From Phoronis australis (lineage: Eukaryota; Animalia; Phoronida), in contig NMRA01000998.1 in assembly GCA_002633005.1 (NCBI GenBank), positions 1-64,000 of the forward strand: DNA of 64,000 nucleotides, given 5' to 3'. The position numbers were made by a program, and so were the translations under genes. Below are positions 13,860 through 26,561 of the stretch, in pieces (within the stretch, counting starts at the first letter, position 1; each line of letters begins with the position of its first letter). The notes below the pieces were generated by a model that searched no databases, had not been told where the DNA came from, and saw only the letters and a program-made list of their open reading frames with translations.

Positions 13860-14866
13860 TTCCTTCTATTAACACATTAAGATATTTTCTTCATCCTCAA
13901 TCCAATTCATTAAGACAGCTAAATTATTAATAAATGACCCTCAAAATTATTATCTGTCTCAAACCTTGCCCAAATTAAAGATACACTCGAATTGCAATGC
14001 AAATAAAACCAGTTTATTCAAAATATATTCCCTACTAATGTTCTTTCAACATAACATCAAACATGCAAATAAAATGGTCGCTACAGTTGAATGAGACACT
14101 GATCTTCATTTCTTAAGAATTCAACATAACTGAACCAAATATACAGTAACATTTTTCAATCAGACTGCATTTGTTCATTTTCTGCAGATCCCTGTACACA
14201 TTAATTATGTGAATTGTCACACGTTTTCCAGTTTTGTGATACCTACAGACACGTATTCTCAACCAGATAAATGGTACATCTTCCGAAAACCTGTTTTTGT
14301 GATGTTTTTCATTAGATAAAATTCATTGTGTGTCTGGATATGTGAAAAGAAGGCAAACTTGACCACAACACATCAAAAAGATAGAGGTATGAAAAAAGAA
14401 AATATGATATTGTCATTTGCTTGCTCATAAAATTGAGAATAAAACTCTGCGAATAAAATTTTAAAACTTACAATAGTGTTGGTGGGTTTCTTGAGCTCAT
14501 CAACATAATTTATGCTGCTGGTCACAGAGCTACCTAGCTAAGAATGTTATGAAATCTCAAACTCTTTCCAACTGAGATTAGCTCACATATTCAGGGATAT
14601 CATGTGATACATTCACTCTGGCCGCTAGCAATAATCTGGAACAGTCATTCTCCACTAATTTCGCACAGAAATAATTGCTAAAATGGTCATTTTCAATGGC
14701 TGATAACCTTATCGCAATTAATGGGAACTTAAACAAATGTGATTTAGTTACATCTGCACACTGCAAACTGTGCTCTTAATAGACTAAAGTGTTTCTTTTA
14801 AGAATTTAACAAAGTAGAGCTATATTGTGTGCTAAGTAAGTGAAGCATTAAAACAGAAACCTATGT

Positions 14867-16716
14867 TCATAACAATGCTGCTCGGACACTAGCAGTGCTC
14901 ATCAGGGGAATCAGATGTTCTTGTAACAAACTCATAAGATCTAATGTACTATCACTCAAGTCTATCAATCGCTTGAGTTTTTGGTCCCTCCAAGTCCAGT
15001 CAAGGATTAGAAATTTTAGCTTGCTAAGTTTCAGAAAACCTGGAAAATACCAAAATTAAATTAAACATTTGAAATTGACAAATCTTCATGAATGTTTCGT
15101 AGCAAACCAGAAAAATAATTGTACTTGAATAAGATCAACGCTTAAGTGGTTAGTGTTGACATACATACAAAAATAAACGTGGTAGAATAATACATTTCAA
15201 ATTGTCACTTTTTCATGGTGCATCAACCATATTGTTCAAGATTTATTATTGAATGAATTGTTCACAGGTTGCCTGACCCATGGCAAGAATTACTCAGCGC
15301 ATTTTGCATCATACCTGATTCAATAAGGACTTTAACACGGTTTGGCGTTCCCACTCCAATGTGCACCGTGTTCTTTGCCAAATAGTTGGACTGCTCTTTC
15401 ACCTTCAAAAGATGTAGAACACTTGAGTTTCATGTTCATAGCACTTTGTAAAAAGAGCAGTCAGTATGTAATTGCATGCTATTAATTACTGGCAAAGTTG
15501 CTACTAAAGCCCTTCCAAGAAAAAATCTACAACGGTAAAATTTCACTAATTTATGAGAAGAGAAATTTTAATAATTTTTCTATAAAGTACATTTGGGACC
15601 AAAATTAATGCTTTTCTATGTTCACATTCTGTGCTGCAGCTGCCATTAGATGTTGTTCTAAAAAGTTATGGGCATCCACAACAATGTGAAAAACCTTTGA
15701 AAATTGATGAAAGTCCAGTTTTAGTAATTATTTTTGTACCAAATTGGCGAGGTATTACTGTAGAGGTATTACTGTAGAGGTATTTTGTACGCATTAAGTT
15801 TTGCTCATGATTGACTCAGCCGATTGTGCAATACTGGCAGCCATGTGAGAACATTTTGGATGCATGTGAGCTGTATGTGAATTAAACAACTGTGACCAGA
15901 AGATTACGGCACAGAGGATAAAGAACACAAACCTAGGCAACAGCATTCAAAAGTCTGGAAAATACTACAATCGAACCCCTATGGAAGAAAGCAGCATAAC
16001 AGTCAACCGCTATCATTTGAAACATTTTTTGCTCAGTAGAAAATTTTATTTGCACTTGGGAAGTTTGCGATTTATTATTTAAATCAATGAAAGATAAATA
16101 ATCACAATAATGCAGCCTTAAATTTATTGGAAACTTTAACATTGATGAGCATGTAATAAGTAGTTTCATGAAAAGAATTCTATGTTGAGATTGGGCAACT
16201 CAATTGGTTTGCGCACCACAGAATCAAAGACACCATGCTATTGTGGTTAATTATATCACCTGAGGCTGCTGATGTTATCATTACCTAGATGATGAGACCC
16301 ATCATAAACACATGAGTGGGGCGACAATAGCAATTTTAATTTTCTGTTTTGAAAGTTTATTTATAATAGCATATTTGAACAGTTCATGAAAAGCAATTAC
16401 ATGATTAGATTTTTGAATTTTGAAAATTGGGCAAGAAATGTGATGTTTAAAACCTAAAATGTTTGTTAACTTTTGCAATCATATGTTCCTCATTAATTCT
16501 GCTGGGTGTGCAATAGATTTGGGCCAATTACCAGACCACCAAGCAGCAGTTGAGGTTAACCAAGTGTTATCCTACAATTCTTGGCATGTTCACTATGCCA
16601 AATATCAGATGTCATTCGTCATGTCGTGTTTGATTTTACTTTAGTTCTGTTTCTGTTGACAATGGATGTTATTATATCCGAAAATTTCAGTTGATCCATA
16701 ATTGGTGTTTTATTTA

Positions 16717-16782
<66 letters not shown>

Positions 16783-19700
16783 GCATGTAAATTATTACAA
16801 ATGCCTGATAATATTTCAAATCGATAACAAAGATGACAGGAAATGGAAGAAATATGCCATACCTTCATATGTTTTGCAAATAGCTTGACAATCTTTGCTT
16901 TCTTGCCTTTAAAACTAGAAATGTCTCTGAAAAGACAGCATGTGCTTTTAAGTAATTTCTTCCAGGAGGTAGACAAAGAGTGACACTTGCTGCCACTTTT
17001 TGTCACAATGTCAGCAGTACCTACTTGACAAGACCATGAAACTGGAACACAACTTTTCAGGAACTACTTAAAATCTTTAAAGAGACATTATCTTTTAAAA
17101 TATATCTAATTTAAATTCTAATACTCCACGCACCTCAACCTACAAATACAAATATTTTTATATCCTTTGTGATTTCAGAGATGACGTATTAATACGTAAA
17201 TGAGTGAGAACAATACCTGGCTGAATCTTTTTTATAAATCGTTACTTTTAAGAGATTATTGTTATTATTGGACATCAAACTTGTCAAGTGAAACTTGCGT
17301 ATTTTGTCTCTTAAATGTACAAAAAGCATTTCTGGGATCTCCTGTAAAAACTTTTTAGCCTGATGAATTAACTGTCAAAAATTAAGAAAAGTTCAATATG
17401 CAGCTACCAAATTGCTCAATTGTCCACCTCCAGGTTGCAGAGACATAGAGAGGAAATGAGTCGCACATCACCTGGTTACATAAAGTATACTACACAAGCC
17501 CAGTAATTATGATATTGATCAGTTTCAGAAGTTATCAAGTGGTTACTAGAAGGTCGGTGGCTGGATTAGAGTAGGTGACTACACATGTTTAATTGATGTT
17601 CAGTTCTAAATTAGGTTACATTTATAATGCTACTGAATGTAGTTTGAACTACAGTCACTAAAAAGATTTAATAGTGGGATTCAAGCTTTAAAGTGGAATT
17701 TGCACCCTAATTCCTTATCTATGTGATTGCTTGGTAAAATCAGTTTGAAACACAAAATATACTGACGGTGTGAATATGAAGTAGGTTGAAAATTGCCAAA
17801 TGTTTTTAAGAACAAGTTTTGTGTCGAAAATGATACGCTGTAAATCACTCAACCATATCCAATATGTATCGTGAGGTGGTGTTGGAAATAACACTGCGTG
17901 ATGCAGGCTATGTGAGCACCCAAGGTACGTCGTTAGTGCAAAGTTCACCTATCCGGAGAATTTTTTACTGTCACATTTACAAGTTGAATACAACTGCACT
18001 TTCTTTAGTGTACTAGATGATATTCAAATAGCGATGTCATTTAAATGCTATATACTTAGCATAATTAGGAGCATTCCATAACTTTGAGATCACCTTGTCC
18101 ACGAATCATCGCTCATCCAGTAAAACATACGAATGCCATTCATTTATTCATTGCGTGACTTTTGTCTATAGACACAAATGTGTAAAATGTTGACCTCTGC
18201 TTTGACCATTGTCCTAGCCATTTACAGCCTGCCAATAGGCCCAAAATTACTTCAAATATTAATCACAACTTGAGGCCACTTTTGTCTAGTAAAGCATGTA
18301 AATAAAACAATGTTTTTGACTGAAAGTCAGCCGGGTACATAGTAGTTGAAATATGCACTAAAGCACCTCCTACGGGTATTCCAGGCACATACCTCATAAG
18401 ATGAACACATCTGATAGCTGAGCCGCAGAGAATCAACACAAGAGGGCTCCCCTTGTCTTCCTGGCTGCAGTCATTGACAAGACGAGGCCAGTCAGGAATG
18501 ACTTTTTTCAAGTATTGTACAGAAGTTTCCAGAAGCTCATGGACCGGCAGAAAATGCTGGTCTGCAATACAGTAAAAGTAAGCATTACCTAATAACTAAA
18601 AGTGTATTTATTTATAAAAGTATATAATATGAACTGCTACACAATACAATGATTAGAAGGGCAGGTGTGATTAGAATGCTGAATGAAGAAACTTGTAAAA
18701 ATGTGTAACTTGAACAACTTGGGGCATAAGTCAGACATTATACATTAAATCAACACAGAACATGTTGTGGATTCTGCAGCTTCACACTTCCCTGGTTATG
18801 TATGACATCATGCTCTCCTGTGTTGCAGATGCCTTTTATGTCATTTAATCATGGCAGTCCTCAGCAAGCAGCTTGCTGTTTGGTTTTTACAATGTCTTGT
18901 AAGGTTTGTGCTTACGTTTGCCTTGGTATATTGGAAAATTTCGTAGAATACTTAGTACATTTGTGTACCTAATTGCAAATATCACTTTGTGTCTCTTCTT
19001 TCATATTTCCCATGTTTTTATCAGTTTCTCTGGTCATCTACCTGCCTCATTTAACTTTTGCAATTCTCCTGATTGAGTGCTAGACATTTACTCCACACAA
19101 CTTCTCATCTACTACATTGATTTTTGCTGTATGTTCTTCCCAAAATTCTAAGAACTATTTAATATTGTTTTTGTATGCAGTTCAATCCCACTTGCTATAT
19201 CACGGATCATTTTAGAAAAATGTGGCTATGGGTGAATTGACCCACTGTCTACAAGTCTATGGGACAATTTGGAAAATCTATGGCCTACCACAGTTATACA
19301 GAACAGAGTGATTGGTTAATACTCGACATAGTGTTCCTAGCACCAGAAGTAACAGACACCATTTTGCGGTACTTAAGTTTGTGTCCATGTACCTTGTTGT
19401 TTAGGAAAGTGGACTTACTTGGATGAAATATCTCCATTTGGTTAGATCCAAATTATGAGAGTTCTACAGTAAGTAGTTGTAAATGGATTACATAGCAGTC
19501 GAAATAAGTTGTAGAATATGTGCATGAAACCTGTTGTGTGCTTCTAGCAATAACTCGCAACATTAAGTTCGTTATAATCATCATTTACTAGACTTGAGAT
19601 GGAAATAATAGACCAATCAAAATCCAGAATGGACAGTTTTGATGCTATGGTGGAAAGAAAAAGTGTATTTTTGGTACATACCTTCTAAATGTATCTCATC

Positions 19701-22700
19701 AAATTGAACAGCTGTGAGCTTATCCTTGAAATAGTCATGAACTTTGGAAATCAAATCTTTGGGCAATGCCACTTCAGGGGTCTTCTCGGCAAGTTCTTGA
19801 CTTAAAGTTTTCTGTAATGAACAAATCAAGACACTTAACTCATGGCATAACCAATACTGTTTGAGCTGAAGAGCCATCAAAAAAATTTGGACATACATCA
19901 GAAGAATGGGGGAACATATTAGTTGAGTGTACTAGTACTAACCAAATCAATTCTCTTAGGATGCTTAGGTAACCATGAACAGTCTTACCCGGTTATGTCC
20001 CTCTCTCTAAAAATGAAGAATCAAATTGCCTGCCATCTTGTACTTTCAGATTTTGAAAAATGCAAATGGTGAGTGAATAAGTTTTTTGTTTGAATGGTTG
20101 ATTTGTGAGCAGTTACATTCATCACATTCTTTCAGTAGATAAATGTTCTCACACAATTGCAATTTCAACATGTGCAGGAGAATTAATATTTGAAAAGGAA
20201 TTCGAGTCTGATATGTATGACACTTCCAGCCCAGTTTAAGGGTTGCTTTACTGACAACTCATGACTTAGAACCACATGGAAAAGAGTCATAATTAAAAGG
20301 ACAATTATAATTAATAAAATGTTTTTCCATGATTCAGTTCTTTTGGTTTAAGTACTTTTAATAAAAAGCTCTTAGGGTTCAGTATATTCAATGTTCTCAA
20401 CAGTGGGATATTGTGGATTCACTGAAAGCCATATGTGGTACCTTCAGGCAATCAAAGCTTCCTGGGAGGAAGTCTTGTTTACTAGATATATAGCAGCTGA
20501 ATTGGGAGTCATTTCCCAAAGTAGCAGAATACTTTTAGCCCAAGGGTTCCCCACATAATTATCGCAATCTTCAAAACTGTAACAAGAGCAACACAGAGCG
20601 TTGAAATGCGCCCACAATTGCACCGTATATGGTATCCTTCAAGGGTTGTTTATTGGTACCATAAAGTGGCCAGTAGAGGGCATATATGCAGTATGTTGTA
20701 CTTTGCAAAATGGAAAGGCATGGTCATTGTCTTCTCAATAGGCTAGGGGTAAAATGTGAGTGATCTTCATAATACAAGCACATCCTATACATCAGTTGCT
20801 TAAAGCACCACAGAAACATAGAATTAAAAACAAATTTACCAACATACAAGATTAGCACAGCATTAGAATGCCACAAACAAATTTCTACTAGGAACTTTTC
20901 CTTCATAGTCCCGAAGTAACACAAAGTATACACCTGAAGACCTATGAAAATACAGAGGTCAATGTAAAATACTTAAATTGCCACTAGAGGCATACCGGTA
21001 GTCAGAATCATTCTAAAGTCGTCACCGTCCGTTGTCAACATCACATAAATACAGTTGCTAAATTTAGTAAAGAACCTGCAAACGGTTTGGGAGATACAGC
21101 CATGGGCGCAAAAAAAACTGCCACTAGGAGGCGCCACAGTAAACAAAGTCATGGGAAATTCAGCGTCAACCATCCTCTTTATAGTAAGAACATACATGCC
21201 AATTTTCACAATCATACTTAGAGCGGTTTGGTTGATAGAGGGGTGGACGCCACAAAACAGACTCAAAAACAGTAAAAATGGCCACTGGGTGTCGCAAACT
21301 AGGTCAAATCCATCCGAAAACGGGAGGATAGCATCATCGTACTAATAGGTGCCAACATACCAAATTTCATGAAAATCCGTTAAGGGCTTGTGAAGATACA
21401 GAGGTAAACGTAAAAAAATAAAATTGCCACTAGGGGGCCCACTGGTAGGCAGATCCGTCCAAAAGTCGTCATCGTCTGTTGTTAACATCATATAAATACA
21501 CTTATTAAATTTTGTAAAGATCCTGCAAACGGTTTAGGAGATACAGCCANTAACATGATGCAACTGACATATTAAGAGCAAGCTGAGGAGCAAGAGACCT
21601 GACCAAGTGTTTAACAACGTGGTCCTGTGATATTTGCAACCACAGAACAGGAGGTGGCCACTCAACTCACTAGGCTTCACTGTCGCCTCAAGTACAAAAC
21701 ATATTGTTTTAGCAGACCCATCTGTCCGCCATAAAAAGTACTTCCTACATGTTGATTTGATCTCAACATGAATGAATTTGGTAACTTAAAGGTTACATGA
21801 TGTAATGAGACGACCCTCTGATGGCCCCATACCCTTCCACAACCAAGATCTCCTCACAGGGAAAATTCAGTTGAGGCACAAGTACACTAGTTCCCTACAG
21901 TAATAGAGTTGAATTGGACAACACAAAACAAACCCTCTTTTTCTTGATATTCTCCTTCTGTTGTAATCTTCTTTTTGCACTTGGCTTGTCCCCAGTCCTC
22001 AAAACATTCACTTCGTCCTCAGAAGTGTTAGTTTGGTCTTCGCCTGCAACAGAAAAGGGTAGTTTTCCTTCCAAAGAAACATTAAAGAGTTTGCAGGCAC
22101 ACATACATATAATCTCAGGTGAAAGTGTAAAGGGCTTGTAATTGGGAAACTACATATATGGGGGTGGGCTTATACTAGAATGGGATCATGTGGGACATTG
22201 GTGTAAGCTCATACAAATGTATCACTCATTATTTGATGAATGTGTGCTGTCCAGATTTGTTTTTCAAGTCTCAGTTTTGTGCTAGCCCACCTAGAGACAG
22301 GGCGTTAGCGAGAGATGTTGATTAGGTACGGCATGGGAGATAAGAGAGAAGTACTTATACTATAACAACAGGTGGACTTCAATGCAAGAAACATTGGGAG
22401 AGAGCTAGTACCAAATTAGGGTTATTTCTAGGTGAGAGTAACTTAATAGAAAGGGTGGGCCTAACCCAGAGGGTGGACTTAGACCAATGAAGGTACGGAT
22501 ATAGAAATTGTAATTGCATTAAATAAACATGTGCCTAGACAGCAACAAACATAAGACCAGATTCGACATCTGGATCTCCACCACCCACAAGTCAGTACCT
22601 GCAAACATTCACTTTTAAACAAGAATATCTGACAATGAAAGACCACGGCTTTTGCGTTTTGGTATTTGATAGAATTGCTCAAATACTTACCAGATATTAT

Positions 22701-24468
22701 GAAGTGACAACATGTGTCCTAAAACCATGCTTACATCAGATTAGTGGTGAAATTGCACTTTTGCACTTGTCCATCAACTGACCTGAACTGAGGAACTATC
22801 AATGTAGTTTGCAGAGAAATGGGCCTCCAGTCATATCAAAACTTCAGACGACCCAATGGTTAGCACAGGTCTGGTAATACAAACCATTAACAATTACAAT
22901 TTAGCCCTCAAAAGCAGACCACGGGACCATATTGGAAATATTCTGATAATAGAATCACCATATTTAAGATAATGCTATTAAATATAAACTGATCCTAATG
23001 ACTGAGTGCCAGGCAACAGGTAGCCCCTTGGCTGGCTTTACAGGGGCTACAGCACTCCCATCAGTTTGGGGCTACAGCACTCCCATCAGTTTGGGGCTAC
23101 AGCACTCCCATCAGTTGGGGGCTACAGCACTCCCATCAGTTTGGGACTACAGCACTCCCATCAGTTAGGGGCTACAGCACTCCCATCAGTTTGGGGCTAC
23201 AGCACTCCCATCAGTATGGGGCTACAGCACTCCCATCAGTTTGGGGCTACAGCACTCCCATCAGTTAGGGGCTACAACACCCCTATCCGTATGGGGCTAC
23301 AGCACTCCCATCAGTTGGGGCCTACAGCACTCCCATCAGTTTGGGGATACAGCACTCCCATCAGTTAGGGGCTACAACACCCCTATCCATATGGGGCTAC
23401 AGCACTCCCATCAGTTGGGGCCTACAGCACTCCCATCAGATTGGGGCTACAGCACTCCCATCACTTTGGGGCTACAGCACTCCCATCAGTTTCGCCATTA
23501 ATCTCATCCTGGGTACATTATAAACACGCGATAGCTGAAATAGGCTCACCAAATAATTGGTTTTCACAAGTTGTCAAAAACAAATTTTACACTATTGTTT
23601 CTTAAAAAACTCTTTCTTTCAGCAATCCTCTCTGGTTCTACACACATCTTCGATGAACCATGTCCACGAGAATTAATATAACTTGGGTGAAGAATTTCTA
23701 GTCGCCATGTGTAGTGATAACCTCAAATTAAGTATTTCAACTGATGTCATGTGATCTGAGCAAGAAAGTGTGAGACTGAGTGAAGCGTGTTGCATAACAC
23801 GAGTTTGCAAAAATTAGCATGGGAAGATATCTGGTGGAATTTGAAAGATTTCCGTCCCTTGGAATTTTTGTTCGTCAACAGGCATGATTTTGCAGAACTT
23901 CATCAAAATGGCACCCATTGAAGGCAGCTCAAGGGATCCGCAACAGATTTCTATGGACATTGTTCAAATTATGTTGAGTAAATTGTCTCCAGAGTCATTG
24001 CATGTGATAATTATAACTAAATACGTATATATGCAAGGTTCATTCTTTGTTATTCACTGTATATTGAAATGAGTAACTTTTTATGGGGGTAATACTGCCG
24101 GCTGACAGCCCAACTGGCCCCAGCCCAAACCAGTCCAGTAACAAATTTCCACAGGATATCTGTGATTCAAATATTACTAACCATATCCATTCTGGTTCAT
24201 GTCAGAGTTTTAATTAGGAAATTCAAAAATCAAGGGCACATAAAGTCAACAACATAACAGAACAACGGAATTCAAGGAGTGGATATTTGGTCAAATAAGA
24301 CCATTAACCTAGACGGATGCAGTACTACTTTAATTCACATATTAAATGGTAGTCTTTTCAGTAGCACATTCTGTAATTATAGGCAGTGTAGCATCAAGGT
24401 TAATACAAACCAGCAGATGATCCGCCCTCTGTTGTAATCCACCAATCATCATCCAAAGCATCTGCCAT
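14867..24468 (-). CDS. CMSS1: Cms1 ribosomal small subunit homolog (90S pre-ribosome/U3-associated factor), about 263 aa, 7 coding exons
   Basis: Phase-consistent GT-AG exons on the minus strand: 24468-24411 (MADALDDDWW), 22043-21934, 19811-19682, 18561-18393 (GSPLVLILCGSAIRC), 16926-16863 (KIVKLFAKHMK), 15402-15315 (VHIGVGTPNRV), 15039-14867 (LILDWTWRDQKLKRL...TGA). Total 792 nt. These motifs match the CMSS1/Cms1 family. Confidence 0.92.
16719..16778. repeat. (TA)n microsatellite in a CMSS1 intron
   Basis: About 30 consecutive TA units. Confidence 0.97.
17688..18085. mobile_element. Dispersed repeat copy 2 (same family as 496-873)
   Basis: Starts ttaaagtggaatttgcac and is a colinear, diverged match to 496-873. 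Confidence 0.7.
20581..21550. mobile_element. Interspersed element with internal ~140-160-bp subrepeats carrying CCACTAGRGGC motifs
   Basis: 20946-21102 aligns with 21392-21549. The motif recurs at 20981, 21121, 21282 and 21427, and the element begins aacaagagc. Boundaries are approximate. Confidence 0.6.
23043..23491. repeat. 25-bp minisatellite, about 18 copies
   Basis: Unit ggggctacagcactcccatcagttt; it explains the repetitive ORFs at 23066-23523. Confidence 0.97.
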
Positions 24469-24775
24469 GAATGCTTACCACTTAGTTTTGGATTGACGAA
24501 TCAACGAAGTTAGACTAGCCTGATGGAGTTACGTCTGAAAATATAAAATAATCATTTTCAGTGTTGGGTACCACATGTTGCGATCATTATTGACCACTAG
24601 TGATCTCTAACATTGTCACTTGAAATGACAGAGATCCATAAATTAGGCGAAGGTCTATTACAAAAATTCAATTACTACGATTTTTTACAATCAAAGACTT
24701 GCAACTACTAAAAAGTATACCTGCCTGCCTGCAGAATAGTTTGAAGAATGAATGATTTCCTGAACACTCGAAATT

Positions 24776-24900
24776 CAGAGGCAGATCAACGGGGGGGAGG
24801 GGATTCAGAGGAATTAAATCCCCCCCCCCCTGCCCCCTCATCCTGGGACAGGATCAAAGTTAAAAATAAAGAAAAATTGCCAGGAAAATGAAATCACTTA
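24776..24900. mobile_element. Short GC-rich hAT-like fragment (related copy at 25872-25970)
   Basis: cagag.cagatc.acggggg...gggaca..atcaaa..taaaaat...gccaggaaaa..aaatca is shared between the two loci. Confidence 0.55.
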
Positions 24901-25604
24901 CAATAACCCCCTCCCTACCTCCCCTCACTCGGTGCTATGCGTCTTGGATTCATGTGAATCCTAAACCCCCACTGAGCAGTTGATAGTCCAAATCAAAAAT
25001 TCATGGCAACCTCAGGTTTAGTACCACTTTCAGTTATAGGCATTGGCCTGTGACTTGTAAGCCGTCAAAGACCAATTTCCATGAATGACAGAACATGACT
25101 GACTGAACTGTTCGAATATAGCAGACCCTGGTTTTGAGAACCAGTTAGTCACCGAACAACAAGTGTCAGTGGTGGATTTATAAGGGGGGGGGCAAGGGAT
25201 TCCATTTGACTGTATGGGGGTGCAAATGTCTGATGCTAAATCCTGGCTAATACTCTGCCCTGCCCCGCCAACTCAAAATCCTGGATATAACCCAAGTGTG
25301 TTCAGCAGATGAAACATACAGCACAATATTACTCCCCAATTCAGGCTGGATGAACATATACTAGTACACTGCAATGCCTGGCCAATTTCCCAATGAAAAC
25401 AATACAATAAGGTGATTGAACAAAGAATTCCTTACAAGGCAGAGTTGAGCAGCCAAGCTCATATGTTGACTAGAGGATATTGCCTACATTCAGACTGATT
25501 TGGGGGTCCAAGCAGACACCAGCAATTTGGCAAGGAGTCACCCCCTCCCCCCATGTCATTAATCGTTCCAGAACTAACAGGAAGCACCCAGCTAGACAAT
25601 TGTA

Positions 25605-25753
25605 CATGGGCAATGCACTATAATGGGCTGGAGGGTTATGCCACACCCCCTTTAATTTTTTCAGTGCTCCGGCACCCATGGTCTATGGGCAGTGCACCAC
25701 AGGGGCTGGGCTATAGCCCCCTCCCCCACTTTTTTAGTGCTACGCCGCCCATG
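25605..25753. mobile_element. Dimeric mini-MITE, CATGGGC...GCCCATG termini, 5-bp TSD TTGTA
   Basis: Flanked by ttgta at 25600-25604 and 25754-25758; its reverse-complement relative is at 56630-56763. Confidence 0.75.
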
Positions 25754-26184
25754 TTGTACGTATGAAACAGTATGAATCTAGTCAAGCTAGGTAGCTGCAT
25801 TTGCTGTCCCTCTATCTCGACCTCTGTATGTCCTTACTCACTAGCCTAGTTCTCATTTAGTCTTTCCTTACCAGAGTCAGATCTACGGGGGCTCAGGGGT
25901 TTCAACCCCTCCCACGGGACAAAATCAAAAATAAAAATTTCAAAAATGTCGCCAGGAAAACAAAATCAGCGACTAAAATCAAAACAATCTTACACGGGTA
26001 AGTACACAAATTGGCAAACTGAAACAGGTAGTTGGCTGGCTAGCTCGATGATTCCATAGCCTACGCTCCCCCCTAAGAACTGTTAGGTACGAATTCTGAA
26101 TTCTCAGATTTGCTCTTGGGCAGACCCGCGGGGACAGGCCGTCCTAAAATTCTGTTAAGTATTTCAATTGACAAAGTTAGTTAC

Positions 26185-26561
26185 CGGGCGAGGGGAACGG
26201 TGTCGTTGAGAAAATAGCGATCACAAAGCATGTGTGCGATTACAGTGCCACCTTTAGAGGGTATTGGAAACTTTGTGTAAAAGTTGTTTAAACTGTTTGC
26301 TTTCAATGAATTTAAAAACGGGATTGGTTTGAAATAACCTTTGGAAAGAAACAACTAAAAATCTACCACCACTTCGAAATATAGAAAGGCTTGACAACAC
26401 ATATATATATATTTTTACTGGATGTTTTGTGTTTCGAAACTTTCCGTTTGTCGGAAGAAGTGTGTTTCCGGTCAAAAATCCATATTGCGTTAGCATTGCA
26501 AGCTGTTGCCTGTTACAACGTCAGTGTTTGAGGGTAGCTGTTGACGAGAAAAAGCATAAAA
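26185..26561. promoter_or_regulatory. Probable bidirectional promoter between CMSS1 and FARSB
   Basis: The genes are divergent. The CMSS1 ATG exon has an acceptor at 24535-24536, so an upstream non-coding exon must exist; a candidate minus-strand donor CCG|gtaact lies at 26184. ETS-like TTCCGG at 26466. TSSs were not determined. Confidence 0.55.

Noticed and set aside
13730-13860. Gly/Ala-rich or Cys-rich peptide from the GCT/GGT tract
   Set aside because: The frames close quickly and there are no supporting splice signals; it is a microsatellite.
1-14000. Numerous 60-108-aa ORFs in the ORF track
   Set aside because: No recognisable domains or phase-consistent exon chains; several overlap repeats and many start at TTG or GTG.
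23043-23491. CRISPR-like array or repetitive protein ORFs
   Set aside because: Units are contiguous with no unique spacers, the 25-bp period shifts frame, the context is a eukaryotic intron and there are no cas genes. The same applies to the other tandem arrays.
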